From positions 18,030-82,029 of the forward strand of contig JAUYNJ010000008.1 of the NCBI GenBank assembly GCA_030696105.1: DNA of 64,000 nucleotides. The letters are read 5' to 3'. Position 1 is the first letter of the stretch. The number at the start of each line of letters is the position of its first letter. The DNA comes from a bacterium. GTDB lineage: Bacteria; Patescibacteriota; Patescibacteriia; Patescibacteriales; UBA12465. Shown here piece by piece: positions 1-11,406 of this stretch. A program made the translations under genes and the position numbers. The notes beneath the pieces were generated by a model. It was not told the DNA's origin and did not search any database. It saw only the letters and a program-made list of their open reading frames with translations.

Positions 1-1
1 T

Positions 2-394
2 CCGGCTGGTATTAGTCACGGTGAAAGCATTAGGCTTTCTGGATACGGTGACGCTGGCGAAAAAGGCGCTTCAACTGGCGACCTATTCTTAAAGATTAGA
101 GTCGCTGCTCATGCCGAGATGAAGCGCGAGGGTGATGATATTTACTCACAAGCCGAAATATCAATGACGCAAGCGGCTTTAGGCGACACACTTGAGGTGA
201 CAACTGCTTACGGAAAAGTTAAATTGAAAATTCCAGCCGGCACGCAGCCACAAACCGTCTTTCGTTTAAAAGAGAAGGGTGCCCCTCGTATTCACAGCCG
301 TGGGCAGGGAGATCACTTTGTTAAAGTAAAGGTTATTATTCCCAAAAGCCTAAACAAGAAACAACGAGAAGCTTTGGAGAGTTTAGGATTGTAA
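2..394 (+). CDS. dnaJ: Chaperone DnaJ, C-terminal part (5'-truncated by the window edge)
   Basis: The frame is open from base 2: PAGISHGESIRLSGYGDAGEKG...GDLFL, AALG, KIPAGTQ, GKG-like and GDHFV motifs of the DnaJ C-terminal domain. Confidence 0.95.
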   Translation, partial: PAGISHGESIRLSGYGDAGEKGASTGDLFLKIRVAAHAEMKREGDDIYSQAEISMTQAALGDTLEVTTAYGKVKLKIPAGTQPQTVFRLKEKGAPRIHSRGQGDHFVKVKVIIPKSLNKKQREALESLGL

Positions 395-404
395 CTATAA
401 ATAT

Positions 405-1025
405 ATGGAGAATATTCAAGTCTTATACATTCACGGCGGAGAGACTTTCAAAAATCATGATGACTACCTGATGTATTTGAAGACTAGAGAAATCACTCTT
501 GATAAACAGCCATCTTGGTCCGGTTCTTTAGCTGAGAATTTAGGCGATGATTTTAATTTTGCTCGCCTGAACATGCCGTTGAAGGAGAACGCTCAATACG
601 AAGATTGGAAAATAAATTTTGAAAGATATTTACCGTTCATTAAGGATAATGTTATCTTAGTTGGTTTTTCTTTGGGGGCGATTTTTTTAGTGCAGTATTT
701 GTCTGAGAATAAATTTCCAAAAAAGATTTTTGCTATCTATCTTGTGGCTACACCCTTTGACGGTGACTTGCCGGGCGCAGATTTAGCCGGTGGCTTCCGT
801 TTACAATCCGATTTGTCTTTAATGTCAGAAAATTGTAGCCGGATTAATTTTCTATTCTCTAAGAATGACGATGTTGTTCCAGTAAGTCACGCGGGGAAGT
901 TTGCAGAGAAATTGCCAGGCGCACGCATCACAATCTTGGATCACATAAATGGACACTTTTTTATACCTGAGTTTCCGGAGCTCATTGAGATGATTAAAGA
1001 AGATGTTGAAAATAGCAGAGAGTAA
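405..1025 (+). CDS. Alpha/beta hydrolase, RBBP9/YdeN-like
   Basis: YIHGG, nucleophile elbow GFSLG, DDVVP and GHF catalytic-triad motifs. Confidence 0.85.
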   Translation: MENIQVLYIHGGETFKNHDDYLMYLKTREITLDKQPSWSGSLAENLGDDFNFARLNMPLKENAQYEDWKINFERYLPFIKDNVILVGFSLGAIFLVQYLSENKFPKKIFAIYLVATPFDGDLPGADLAGGFRLQSDLSLMSENCSRINFLFSKNDDVVPVSHAGKFAEKLPGARITILDHINGHFFIPEFPELIEMIKEDVENSRE

Positions 1026-1040
1026 TATTATTTAATACAT

Positions 1041-1427
1041 ATGGATATTTCAATTGATAAAATAGAAACACCAGAAGAGTTCTTCTTGGTATTTAATGGC
1101 CTCTGTAAATTAGCGGAGTCAGCCTTTGATAGTTTTGATGAAAAGGATTTTTCCGGGCTAGGGTCAAAAAGTATTGCGAAAGAAATGTCTTATCTTATGA
1201 GTATTACTTTAGTCATCATTGGCATGCGAGGAGGTTATGCTAGTTTCAGGCAAGGCGCCTTAGATGCTCCAATTTTTGCCACTATTAACGGTATAGAATA
1301 TGATCAGAAATATTTGTATAAAATGAATGATCATTTTACCGGACGGTTCGACGACGCGTTAAATAAAATAAAAAATCTAATTCCCGAAATGTACGAATCC
1401 TATAAAACTGTTTGGCAGAATTATTAG
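1041..1427 (+). CDS. Hypothetical protein
   Basis: 128-aa ORF, co-oriented with its neighbours and followed by a terminator; no motif recognised. Confidence 0.7.
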   Translation: MDISIDKIETPEEFFLVFNGLCKLAESAFDSFDEKDFSGLGSKSIAKEMSYLMSITLVIIGMRGGYASFRQGALDAPIFATINGIEYDQKYLYKMNDHFTGRFDDALNKIKNLIPEMYESYKTVWQNY

Positions 1428-1450
1428 TAAAGAATAAAAATTAATCGATC

Positions 1451-1478
1451 AAAAATAAGGCTAATTGCCTTATTTTTT
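1451..1478 (+). terminator. Intrinsic terminator
   Basis: aaaaataaggc-taatt-gccttattttt inverted repeat with a T tail. Confidence 0.75.
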
Positions 1479-1506
1479 AATACGAAAGACCATTTAATCC
1501 CTAGCC

Positions 1507-1535
1507 TTTACAGGTGAACGATTGTTTACTATAAT
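1507..1535 (+). promoter_or_regulatory. Sigma70 promoter with an SOS (LexA) box in its spacer
   Basis: TTTACA (1507-1512), 17 bp, TATAAT (1530-1535). The spacer holds the palindrome GTGAAC-GATT-GTTTAC (1514-1529), matching the GAAC-N4-GTTC-type LexA box. Confidence 0.85.
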
Positions 1536-1555
1536 GATTTTGTAATAAGAAATAT

Positions 1556-2122
1556 ATGATTGAAAAATATAAAAAGCAGATCGTTGTCTTTTACCGAGTT
1601 AATCGGCGTATGCCTAATTATGCGGAAATAATGGCTCTGCTTGGCTATAAGTCGAAGAATGCCGTTTTTAAGCTCGTGCGCAAACTGCAAGCAGAAAATT
1701 TTTTGGATAAGGATAAGAAAGGTAAATTAATTCCGAAAAATATTTATGGCGAGTTAAAAGTACTGGGACGGGTAGAGGCTGGCTTTCCTTCTCCGGCCGA
1801 AGAAGAATTGGCCGATACAATGAGTTTGGACGATTTCTTAATTAAGAATAAAGAGGCGACCTATATGCTTAAGGTCAGCGGTGAGTCTATGATTGATGCC
1901 GGCATTATGCCGGGCGACATGGTTTTAGTTGATCGCAGTCTAAGCCCGGTTGACGGTAATATTGTCATTGCCGAAGTCGACAAACAGTGGACGGTAAAAT
2001 ATTTCCGTAAAAAAGGTAATGACATTTATCTTGAACCAGCAAATAAAAAGTTTCCAATAATACGGGCAAGTGATGAGTTAAGAGTCGCCGCGGTCGTTAA
2101 AGCCGTCATCCGCAAATACTAA
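1556..2122 (+). CDS. lexA: LexA/UmuD-family S24 autopeptidase with an N-terminal LexA-type HTH
   Basis: N-terminal RMPNYAEIM...GYKSKNAV HTH, cleavage site VEAG|FPSPA, catalytic Ser (GESM) and Lys (TVK). Confidence 0.85.
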   Translation: MIEKYKKQIVVFYRVNRRMPNYAEIMALLGYKSKNAVFKLVRKLQAENFLDKDKKGKLIPKNIYGELKVLGRVEAGFPSPAEEELADTMSLDDFLIKNKEATYMLKVSGESMIDAGIMPGDMVLVDRSLSPVDGNIVIAEVDKQWTVKYFRKKGNDIYLEPANKKFPIIRASDELRVAAVVKAVIRKY

Positions 2123-2125
2123 AAT

Positions 2126-3430
2126 ATGCCTGTTTCAATTTCATCTTTTAAAAGAGCAATCCTGCACGTGGACGGTGATTGCTTTTTTGCTGCCTGCGAA
2201 ATCGCTCGCCGTCCCGAATTAAAAGGGAGGCCGGTGGTCACTGGTCTTGAGCGCGGTATTGTTTCCTCCCTTACCTATGAAGCGAAGGCGATGGGTATAA
2301 AGCGGGCGATGTCTTTTAGTGAAGTTAAAAAGATCTGTCCGCAAGTCGTATTTCTTCCCTCTGATTATGAGTCATACAGCTTATATTCTTTGCGCATGTA
2401 TAACATTGTTCGTCGCTTTACTCCTGATGTTGAAGAATATAGTATCGACGAATGTTTTGCCGACTTAACCGGCCTGCGTCGTCCTCTGCGCATGTCCTAT
2501 GAAAAGATAGCCGAGAAAATAAAGGAAACATTAGACAGTGAGCTCGGCTTCACTTTTTCAGTAGGTTTAGCGCCGACGAAGGTTTTAGCTAAAGTGGGCT
2601 CGAAGTGGAAAAAACCTTCCGGCCTTACTATCATCCCTGGTCGCGATATTGAATTATATCTCGCCAAACTCGACGTTGGTCAGGTCTGGGGCATTGGTCC
2701 ACAAACAACGGCGTTGTTAAATAAGTTTGGCGTGAGAACAGCGCTTGATTTTATCCGTCACGATATTGAATGGGTTAAAGTGCGCTTAACCAAGCCGCAA
2801 TTAGAAATTTGGCAGGAGTTGCGAGGCGAGATGGTATATCCCGTTGATACCGAGAAGAAGGATAGCTATCAATCAATTAGCAAAACAAAAACATTCACCC
2901 CACCATCAAGCAGCGAGATGCGTGTGTTTAGTCAATTATCAAAAAACGTAGAGAATGCTTGTATTAAATTACGTCGTCATCACTTAGCCGCGAAAAAAGT
3001 ATTTTTCTTTTTGAAAACGCAAGACTTTAAATATCACGGCTATGAATTTAAGTTAATGCGCCCGACTGATAATCCAATTGAAATTATCGCGATGGTGAAA
3101 CAGTATTTCAGTACAGTGTTCAAAGCCGCAAAGTTGTTTCGCGCGACCGGAGTAATATTAATGGATATATCCGAAAACGTTTGCCGCCAAGCCGACTTGT
3201 TTAATGAAGTCGCGCGGGCAGAAAAAATATCTAAAATATTTGGTAGCGTTGATGGTATGTCTCAGCGCTACGGAAAGCACGCGATATTTCTAGGCTCAAG
3301 CCTAGCGGCGATGACTGGCGCTCAGCATGAGGGGGCTCGCCAAACCACGCCGGACAGAAAAAGAGAGATATTTAAGGGGGAGACGGCGAGGAAAAGGCTA
3401 GCTATTCCATATTTGGGTGAGACTGGCTAA
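2126..3430 (+). CDS. Y-family error-prone DNA polymerase (DinB/UmuC-like)
   Basis: HVDGDCFFA, YEAK, YSIDE, KKPSG and WGIG motifs; clamp-binding-like QADLF. Confidence 0.92.
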   Translation: MPVSISSFKRAILHVDGDCFFAACEIARRPELKGRPVVTGLERGIVSSLTYEAKAMGIKRAMSFSEVKKICPQVVFLPSDYESYSLYSLRMYNIVRRFTPDVEEYSIDECFADLTGLRRPLRMSYEKIAEKIKETLDSELGFTFSVGLAPTKVLAKVGSKWKKPSGLTIIPGRDIELYLAKLDVGQVWGIGPQTTALLNKFGVRTALDFIRHDIEWVKVRLTKPQLEIWQELRGEMVYPVDTEKKDSYQSISKTKTFTPPSSSEMRVFSQLSKNVENACIKLRRHHLAAKKVFFFLKTQDFKYHGYEFKLMRPTDNPIEIIAMVKQYFSTVFKAAKLFRATGVILMDISENVCRQADLFNEVARAEKISKIFGSVDGMSQRYGKHAIFLGSSLAAMTGAQHEGARQTTPDRKREIFKGETARKRLAIPYLGETG

Positions 3431-3518
3431 AATAGGCAATATTTAAGCATTTTCGTTGACTTTTTAAGGCTGGGTGATAAACTAAAGGTCAGGAGTTTAT
3501 AAAATAAACAAAGATATT

Positions 3519-3647
3519 ATGTGTAAATGTGCTTGGTTAAAGAAGTTGCTTGGTATTAAGAAGGAATGTTGCTGCAGTCATGCTCACGAAGAGGTTAAGA
3601 CCGAAACACCGCCTACAGTAGAAACTCCAGTGGTTAAGTCATATTAA
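3519..3647 (+). CDS. Small Cys/His-rich protein, 42 aa (not in ORF track)
   Basis: MCKCAWLKKLLGIKKECCCSHAHEEVKTETPPTVETPVVKSY*. Upstream TTGACT (3456), 16 bp, TG-n-TAAACT (3478); downstream hairpin aaaaacgc-gttca-gcgttttt (about 3658-3680). Confidence 0.65.
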   Translation: MCKCAWLKKLLGIKKECCCSHAHEEVKTETPPTVETPVVKSY

Positions 3648-3698
3648 CGATTAGTGGAAAAACGCGTTCAGCGTTTTTTTACCACTATTATACGCACC

Positions 3699-4553
3699 AT
3701 GTTTATTGATACCCATGCCCATGTCAATTTTCGTGATTTTAAGGATGATGCCGACGAGGTAATCCGCCGGTCTTTGGATAACGACACCTGGATGGTGCTC
3801 GTTGGTTCGGAGTATAAAACCTCTAACCGCGCCTTAAATCATGCAAATCGTTATGAGCGTGGAGTATATGCGGCCGTTGGTCTGGACCCAATACATCTAG
3901 AAGAGCAAAAAGTTGAAGAAAACGACGATGATAACGGGGAATACAGCTTTACCACTCGGGCCGAAGAATTTAACTACGATACTTACGAAAAACTGGCGAA
4001 GTTTCAGAAAGTGGTCGCAATCGGTGAAATTGGTCTTGATTACTATCACCTTAATCCCACAAAAGATGTAAGCGCCGCGAAGCGCAAGCAGCAGGAAGTG
4101 TTCCTCAAACAGTTATTGCTCGCCCGTCACCTCGACCTGCCCGTTATTATTCACTGCCGACAGGCGCACGATGACCTGTATGCGATTTTACAGGATTTCC
4201 GCAAGGTATATTCCGACTTTATTCCCGCCGATCGTCCCTGGGGCGTGCTTCATTGCTTCTCCGGTGACGAGGACATGGCCTGGAAGTACTTCAAGCTCGG
4301 GCTGATTGTGTCTTTCACTGGCCTTATTACCTTCAGCAAGCAGTGGGACGATGTGTTACGTAAGATTCCTCTGGATAAGTTCATGATTGAGACCGACTCT
4401 CCCTATATGACACCGGAGCCCTACCGCGGTCGCCGTAATGAGCCGATTCTGGTACAATATGTGGCAGGGAGAATAGCTGAAATCCGCAATACAACGATTG
4501 AGAAAATTGCTGACGCAACGACTGACACTGCCCGAAGATTCTTTAAGATATAA
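3699..4553 (+). CDS. tatD: TatD-family hydrolase/nuclease
   Basis: MFIDTHAH (start at 3699 rather than 3654), IGEIGLDY, IHCR, HCF, ETDSPY and RNEP motifs. Confidence 0.95.
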   Translation: MFIDTHAHVNFRDFKDDADEVIRRSLDNDTWMVLVGSEYKTSNRALNHANRYERGVYAAVGLDPIHLEEQKVEENDDDNGEYSFTTRAEEFNYDTYEKLAKFQKVVAIGEIGLDYYHLNPTKDVSAAKRKQQEVFLKQLLLARHLDLPVIIHCRQAHDDLYAILQDFRKVYSDFIPADRPWGVLHCFSGDEDMAWKYFKLGLIVSFTGLITFSKQWDDVLRKIPLDKFMIETDSPYMTPEPYRGRRNEPILVQYVAGRIAEIRNTTIEKIADATTDTARRFFKI

Positions 4554-4668
4554 TTTAGCTTAAATTTAATAGAAAAGAGCGTAAAGTTGATTTTTATCAG
4601 ACTTGACTTTTTTTGTTGTCGGGTGTATATAACTAGTGGTTTTGTTGAAATTTATCTAATTTAAGCGT

Positions 4669-4968
4669 ATGGATAAGCAATCGATGAGACAATTCTATAT
4701 TTCGAGTGCCGCCTATAGCTTATCTTCTATTATCGGACCATTATTAATGTTTGGCGTGCCAGCATATTTCCTCGATCAGTATTTAGGCACCAACCCCCTG
4801 TTATTGTTAGTTGCTGTTGGCATTTCCTTTGTAGTTACAAATGTGCTTTTATTTAGAAAAGTTAAGAAGATTAATCAGATGATTTCTTCATATATACCGA
4901 AGGATGATGATGATAAGAATGAGGATGGCACTGAGAAAGATTCAGACCTATCTGTAAAAAATAATTAA
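4669..4968 (+). CDS. AtpZ/AtpI-like small membrane protein
   Basis: Two TM segments with YFLDQYLGTNP; first gene of the atp operon. Confidence 0.8.
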   Translation: MDKQSMRQFYISSAAYSLSSIIGPLLMFGVPAYFLDQYLGTNPLLLLVAVGISFVVTNVLLFRKVKKINQMISSYIPKDDDDKNEDGTEKDSDLSVKNN

Positions 4969-4970
4969 GT

Positions 4971-5717
4971 ATGAAATTAGATATTTCTTTAGCTCCGGAG
5001 ACTTTATTTTATATTGGTTCAGTAGCTATCTCAAATTCCTTCTTCTGGTTATTAGTGCTCACCTTTTTTATATTGGTCGGAGTCTTTTTCTTAAATAGAA
5101 GTTTAAAGATGCGACCAGGCAAAGTTCAAAATGTTTTTGAAATGTTGCTAGCCGGCGCCTTCGATTTTGTCGAAACTACCGTCGGAAGCAAGAGTCTGGC
5201 TCAGAAAACTTTCCCCTTAGTCTTTACCTTGTTTTTCTTCATTCTAGTCAGCAATCTCATCACTTTTATACCTGGACAAGCGGCTGTTACGATTGAAACA
5301 GCTGGTGGAGTTGTTCCTTTATTTCGCGCTATTATTGCTGATTATAGTTTAGTGTTTATGATGACCATGCTTTCGGTTCTGATTACTCAGATTGTGGCTA
5401 TCTACGTTGCTGGCCCCTTCCGTTATCTTGGTCGTTTTTTGAATTTTACCAGTCCTTTAAACTTTTTCTTAGGTTTGATGGATTTAATTGGTGAGGTGGC
5501 AAAAGTTATGTCCCTCTCCTTCCGTTTATTTGGTAATATTTTCGCCGGCGAAGTTTTGGGGGCGGTGATGCTATTTTTATTCCCATTTTTCTTACCCCTG
5601 CCTTTTGCATTTTTAGGTCTGCTAACTGCCGTTGTGCAGGCTTTCGTGTTTGCCGTTTTGACCCTAGTGTTTATCTCGATGGCGGCTACCGTTTCCGAGG
5701 AGTCTGAAGCAGCATAA
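4971..5717 (+). CDS. atpB: F0 ATP synthase subunit a
   Basis: SLSFRLFGNIFAGE and QAFVF motifs. Confidence 0.97.
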   Translation: MKLDISLAPETLFYIGSVAISNSFFWLLVLTFFILVGVFFLNRSLKMRPGKVQNVFEMLLAGAFDFVETTVGSKSLAQKTFPLVFTLFFFILVSNLITFIPGQAAVTIETAGGVVPLFRAIIADYSLVFMMTMLSVLITQIVAIYVAGPFRYLGRFLNFTSPLNFFLGLMDLIGEVAKVMSLSFRLFGNIFAGEVLGAVMLFLFPFFLPLPFAFLGLLTAVVQAFVFAVLTLVFISMAATVSEESEAA

Positions 5718-5732
5718 TTTAAAAAAATATAA

Positions 5733-5984
<252 letters not shown>

Positions 5985-6053
5985 AAGACAGAAATTGTCC
6001 GCCTCTTGTTAAAAGCTAGCGGCGGATTATTTTGTTTTTTAATTTATTATTAT

Positions 6054-6551
6054 ATGGGTTTAATTGAAGCTCTTGGTCTTGATGGTCGCATTCTTTTAGC
6101 ACAATTTTTAAATTTTGCAGTTTTGTTGTTTGTGCTTTGGCGCTTTGCGTATAAGCCAATTTTTAAAATCTTAGAAGAACGACGCCTGAAAATTGATCAG
6201 GGCCTTGATGACGCTGACGCTGCTGCTAAAAGTTTACTTTTAACCGAAGAGGAAAATAAACAGTTACTGATTAAAGCTCGTCAGGAAGCTAGCCTTATTA
6301 TCGAAGCCGCACAGCAGCAGGCTGATGAGCGTCAGCGTGAAGTAGTGGCTAAGGCGGAAACAGAAATTAATGTCATTACTGAAAAGGAAAGAGCAAAGAT
6401 TGTCGCTGAAAAAGAAAAAATGATGTCTCAGTTGAAAGGCGAAGTATCAGCTCTTGTGCTTGCTGGTTTGCAGCAATTTTTGTCAGAAAATATGACCGAT
6501 AAACGTGATCAAGAAGTTATATCAAAGATTGTAACTAATTTAGAGAAATAA
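6054..6551 (+). CDS. atpF: F0 ATP synthase subunit b
   Basis: QFLNFAVLLFVLWRFAYKPI...LEERR followed by a coiled coil; ATG at 6054 is the likely start. Confidence 0.95.
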   Translation: MGLIEALGLDGRILLAQFLNFAVLLFVLWRFAYKPIFKILEERRLKIDQGLDDADAAAKSLLLTEEENKQLLIKARQEASLIIEAAQQQADERQREVVAKAETEINVITEKERAKIVAEKEKMMSQLKGEVSALVLAGLQQFLSENMTDKRDQEVISKIVTNLEK

Positions 6552-6561
6552 GTTTTTGTTT

Positions 6562-6963
6562 ATGAAAGCAAGTGTTAGACAATACGCACGCAGTGTCATG
6601 GAATTAGTGGCTGATAAATCAGAAGCAGAAGCGAAGGCTTTAATTGCTAAGTTTGTTGTATTTCTTCATGGGCGACAAGACTTAAATAAAGTTGAAGCTA
6701 TCACCGAAGAACTCGGTCGTTTATATGAAATTGAAAATGAGGAAATAAAAGCAGAATTAATTAGCGCTCGTCCTCTGCAAGAGGCCGCTAAGAAACAGCT
6801 TGTTGCTTATTTACAAAAGCGAGCTGGAGTCGACACTGTTAATTTACAGGAAAGCTTAAATCCAGATTTATTAGGAGGTTTTATTCTACGTTATAATGGC
6901 CTCGTTATTGATGGCAGTTTAAAGAACAATTTATTAAAATTTAAAAAACAGCTTAGTAATTAA
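6562..6963 (+). CDS. atpH: F1 ATP synthase subunit delta (short form)
   Basis: RQYA, SARPL and LLGGFILR...DGSL motifs; operon position. Confidence 0.92.
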   Translation: MKASVRQYARSVMELVADKSEAEAKALIAKFVVFLHGRQDLNKVEAITEELGRLYEIENEEIKAELISARPLQEAAKKQLVAYLQKRAGVDTVNLQESLNPDLLGGFILRYNGLVIDGSLKNNLLKFKKQLSN

Positions 6964-6972
6964 CCAAACCAT

Positions 6973-8496
6973 ATGTCTAGCACCAAAGATTTTATTGTTG
7001 AGCAGATAAAGCGACAGATTGCCGACTTTAAGGCGGAAGTGGAAGAAAGCAGTGTCGGCCGCGTCTTGAAGATTTCTGACGGCATCGCTCTTGTCTCCGG
7101 CTTAACAGAAGCCATGATGAGCGAAATTTTGCTTTTCAAATCAGCTCACGGCGAAGTGGCCGGCGTTGCCTTAAACCTTGAAGAAAATTTAGTCGGAGCC
7201 ATCATTTTAGGCGAGTTTGCCAACATTAAAGAGGGTGATGAAGTCGTCTGCACTAAGCGCATTTTGAGCGTACCGGTGGGCGAGGCTTTGGTTGGACGTG
7301 TGGTTAATCCGCTCGGTGAAGCAATGGATGGTAAAGGTGCATTGAACACTACTGAGTTTTATCCAGTTGAAAAAATTGCTCCGGGTGTTATTACTCGCGC
7401 CTCTGTCAATCAGCCAGTTCAAACTGGTATTAAAGCAATTGACGCCATGGTGCCAATTGGACGCGGACAACGCGAACTTATCATTGGCGATCGTCAAATT
7501 GGTAAGACCGCGATTGCAATTGATGCCATCATGAACCAGAAAGGACAGAACATGAAGTGCGTCTATGTTGCTATCGGACAAAAAGAATCAAAGGTGGCTG
7601 AAATCGTACGTAAGCTCGAATTGGCGGGTGCGATGGAATATACTACTATCGTTTTAGCTGGCGCCTCCAGCCCAGCTTCACTGCTTTACATCGCTCCTTA
7701 TGCTGGTTGTGCGATGGCCGAATATTTCCTTGATAAGGGTGAAGACGTTTTGATTATTTACGATGATTTATCTAAGCACGCCGTTTCATATCGTGAAATT
7801 TCCTTATTACTTCGCCGTCCTCCGGGTCGCGAAGCCTTCCCTGGAGATGTTTTCTATCTTCACTCCCGCTTGCTCGAACGTGCTTGTAAGTTAAACGCCG
7901 AAAATGGCGGCGGTTCAATTACCGCCTTACCAATTATCGAAACCCAGGCTGGCGACATCTCTGCTTACATCCCAACTAACGTTATCTCTATTACTGATGG
8001 TCAGATTTTCTTAGAACCAGACATGTTCTATAAAGGTAATCGCCCAGCCGTTAATGCTGGTTTGTCTGTTTCTCGCGTCGGCTCTTCTGCGCAGATTAAG
8101 GCCATGAAAAAGGTAGCTGGTAAGATGCGTTTAGAAGCCGCTCAGTTCCGTGAGCTCGCTGCCTTCACTCAGTTCGGCTCCGATCTTGATGAAGAAACAG
8201 CTCGCAAATTAGAAAGAGGTAAGCGTTTATATGAAGTCTTTAAGCAGGATCAATATCAGCCTTTATCCGTGGATAAGCAGGTAGTTATCTACTACTCACT
8301 TATTAATGGTTTAGTTGATAACATTCCGGTGGAAAAAGTTCGTGAATTTGAAGCTGGTTTATATAAGTACATGGATTTAAACAGCGATGTCTCTAAACTG
8401 ATTATCGAAAAGAAGGAGCTTGATGCTGAAATCGAAGAGAAGATCAAAACTGTTGTTAATAATTTTAAAGAGACTCTCGACTACTTAATAAGCTAA
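6973..8496 (+). CDS. atpA: F1 ATP synthase subunit alpha
   Basis: [17 protein letters not shown] and [20 protein letters not shown] motifs. Confidence 0.99.
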   Translation: MSSTKDFIVEQIKRQIADFKAEVEESSVGRVLKISDGIALVSGLTEAMMSEILLFKSAHGEVAGVALNLEENLVGAIILGEFANIKEGDEVVCTKRILSVPVGEALVGRVVNPLGEAMDGKGALNTTEFYPVEKIAPGVITRASVNQPVQTGIKAIDAMVPIGRGQRELIIGDRQIGKTAIAIDAIMNQKGQNMKCVYVAIGQKESKVAEIVRKLELAGAMEYTTIVLAGASSPASLLYIAPYAGCAMAEYFLDKGEDVLIIYDDLSKHAVSYREISLLLRRPPGREAFPGDVFYLHSRLLERACKLNAENGGGSITALPIIETQAGDISAYIPTNVISITDGQIFLEPDMFYKGNRPAVNAGLSVSRVGSSAQIKAMKKVAGKMRLEAAQFRELAAFTQFGSDLDEETARKLERGKRLYEVFKQDQYQPLSVDKQVVIYYSLINGLVDNIPVEKVREFEAGLYKYMDLNSDVSKLIIEKKELDAEIEEKIKTVVNNFKETLDYLIS

Positions 8497-8516
8497 GAGA
8501 AAAAAAGTAATTTACT

Positions 8517-9461
8517 ATGGCTAAGACCAAAGAAATATCACGTCGCATAAAATCCATTGGCAACACGAAGAAAATAACTCGTGCGATGGAGATGGTGGCG
8601 GCCGCAAAGATGAGAAAAGCGGTCGAGGCCGTTTTGCGTACGCGCACCTATGCGAATTTAAGCTGGGAAACAGTTATGCACTTGTCGACTATGGCTGATA
8701 GCAAGAGTGGACCAATGCACCCGCTTCTGACTAAGCGCCCGGAAACCAAGAAGGCGGCGATTATCTTAATTAGTTCCAACCGTGGTCTTTGCGGTGGTTA
8801 TAATACCAACATCTTAAATAAGGCAAAGGAGTCAATTAAGCGCCATCCTGATGTGCCGGTTGAATTTATTCTTGTTGGCAAAAAAGGGGCGGCCGTTTAT
8901 TCTCAGAATTACACTGTCGCGGCTGAGTTTCCGAAAAGCGACGTCTTAACTGATGCTAAGGAAGTTGTGCCGATTGTTAATATGGCGGTGACCGATTTTT
9001 TAAGTGGTCGCTATGATAAAGTTTTTGTTGCTTATACTGACTTTGTGAGCGCTGCTAAGCAGGTGCCACGTATTAAACAACTCTTGCCAGTTAACATGGA
9101 AGAGGATGAGTATCTTGGTATCGTGGCTGACCCGAAAATAAGTGTCACTAAACAAATAATTACCGAGAAGCGGGAAAAACATCTCCACGCTCAGGCTGGC
9201 TACGATTTCTTATTCGAGCCCAGTCCTTCTGAAGTTCTTGATAAGATTATTCCACGTTTACTTGAGGTCCAAGTATACCAAGCCATCCTTGAAGCTAACG
9301 CTTCTGAACATAGCGCCAGTATGAGCGCGATGCATCAAGCAACTGAAGCGGCGACTGATATGGTTAAAGAACTTACACTTTTTTACAATAAGGCGAGACA
9401 GGCCGGCATCACCGCGGAAATCGCGGAAATTAGTGCAGGTGCTAACGCTCTGCTTGATTAA
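8517..9461 (+). CDS. atpG: F1 ATP synthase subunit gamma
   Basis: KITRAMEMVAAAK, RGLCG and YNKARQAGITAEIAEI motifs. Confidence 0.98.
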   Translation: MAKTKEISRRIKSIGNTKKITRAMEMVAAAKMRKAVEAVLRTRTYANLSWETVMHLSTMADSKSGPMHPLLTKRPETKKAAIILISSNRGLCGGYNTNILNKAKESIKRHPDVPVEFILVGKKGAAVYSQNYTVAAEFPKSDVLTDAKEVVPIVNMAVTDFLSGRYDKVFVAYTDFVSAAKQVPRIKQLLPVNMEEDEYLGIVADPKISVTKQIITEKREKHLHAQAGYDFLFEPSPSEVLDKIIPRLLEVQVYQAILEANASEHSASMSAMHQATEAATDMVKELTLFYNKARQAGITAEIAEISAGANALLD

Positions 9462-9472
9462 TTCGTTAATAA

Positions 9473-10876
<1,404 letters not shown>

Positions 10877-10902
10877 TTAACACTCCTTAACGCCAAATTA
10901 TT

Positions 10903-11352
10903 ATGGCTGAAAAGAAAAGCATCAGATTTGAAATTGCGACCCTTGAAAGAACCTTATTGAAACAAGAGGTTCTTCAGGCGACTATTCCGACGGAGTCAGG
11001 TGAAATTACCGTTCTACCCGAACACATCCCGCTCGTCTCCATCATCAAGCCTGGTGTTATTGAAATAAAAACTCTAGACGGCAATACCGAAATCATCGCG
11101 ATTTCCGGTGGCTTTGTCGAAGTTCTGCGTGAAAAAATTGTCATTCTCGCTGATACGGCTGAACGTGCGGAAGAACTTGATGAGTCTCGCATCATCGAGG
11201 CCCGTAAAACAGCGGAAGAAGCCAAGGTTGAAGCTCTTACTCAAGAGAATTATGATTTATCAGCTGTGGCCGCTCGCCTCGATTTCGAATTAGCTCGCGA
11301 TCGCGCCCTACACAAATGGCGCAAGTTGAAAAATATCAACCCTGGAAAATAG
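10903..11352 (+). CDS. atpC: F1 ATP synthase subunit epsilon
   Basis: GEITVLPEHIPL, ISGGFVEV and ILADTAE motifs. Confidence 0.96.
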   Translation: MAEKKSIRFEIATLERTLLKQEVLQATIPTESGEITVLPEHIPLVSIIKPGVIEIKTLDGNTEIIAISGGFVEVLREKIVILADTAERAEELDESRIIEARKTAEEAKVEALTQENYDLSAVAARLDFELARDRALHKWRKLKNINPGK

Positions 11353-11367
11353 TTTAGTTGTCAAAAT

Positions 11368-11396
11368 AAAAAACCTGCCGTTCGGCAGGTTTTTTT
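11368..11396. terminator. Bidirectional intrinsic terminator between atpC and uppP
   Basis: aaaaaacctgccg-tt-cggcaggttttttt. Confidence 0.9.
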
Positions 11397-11406
11397 GGAT
11401 ATTAAG

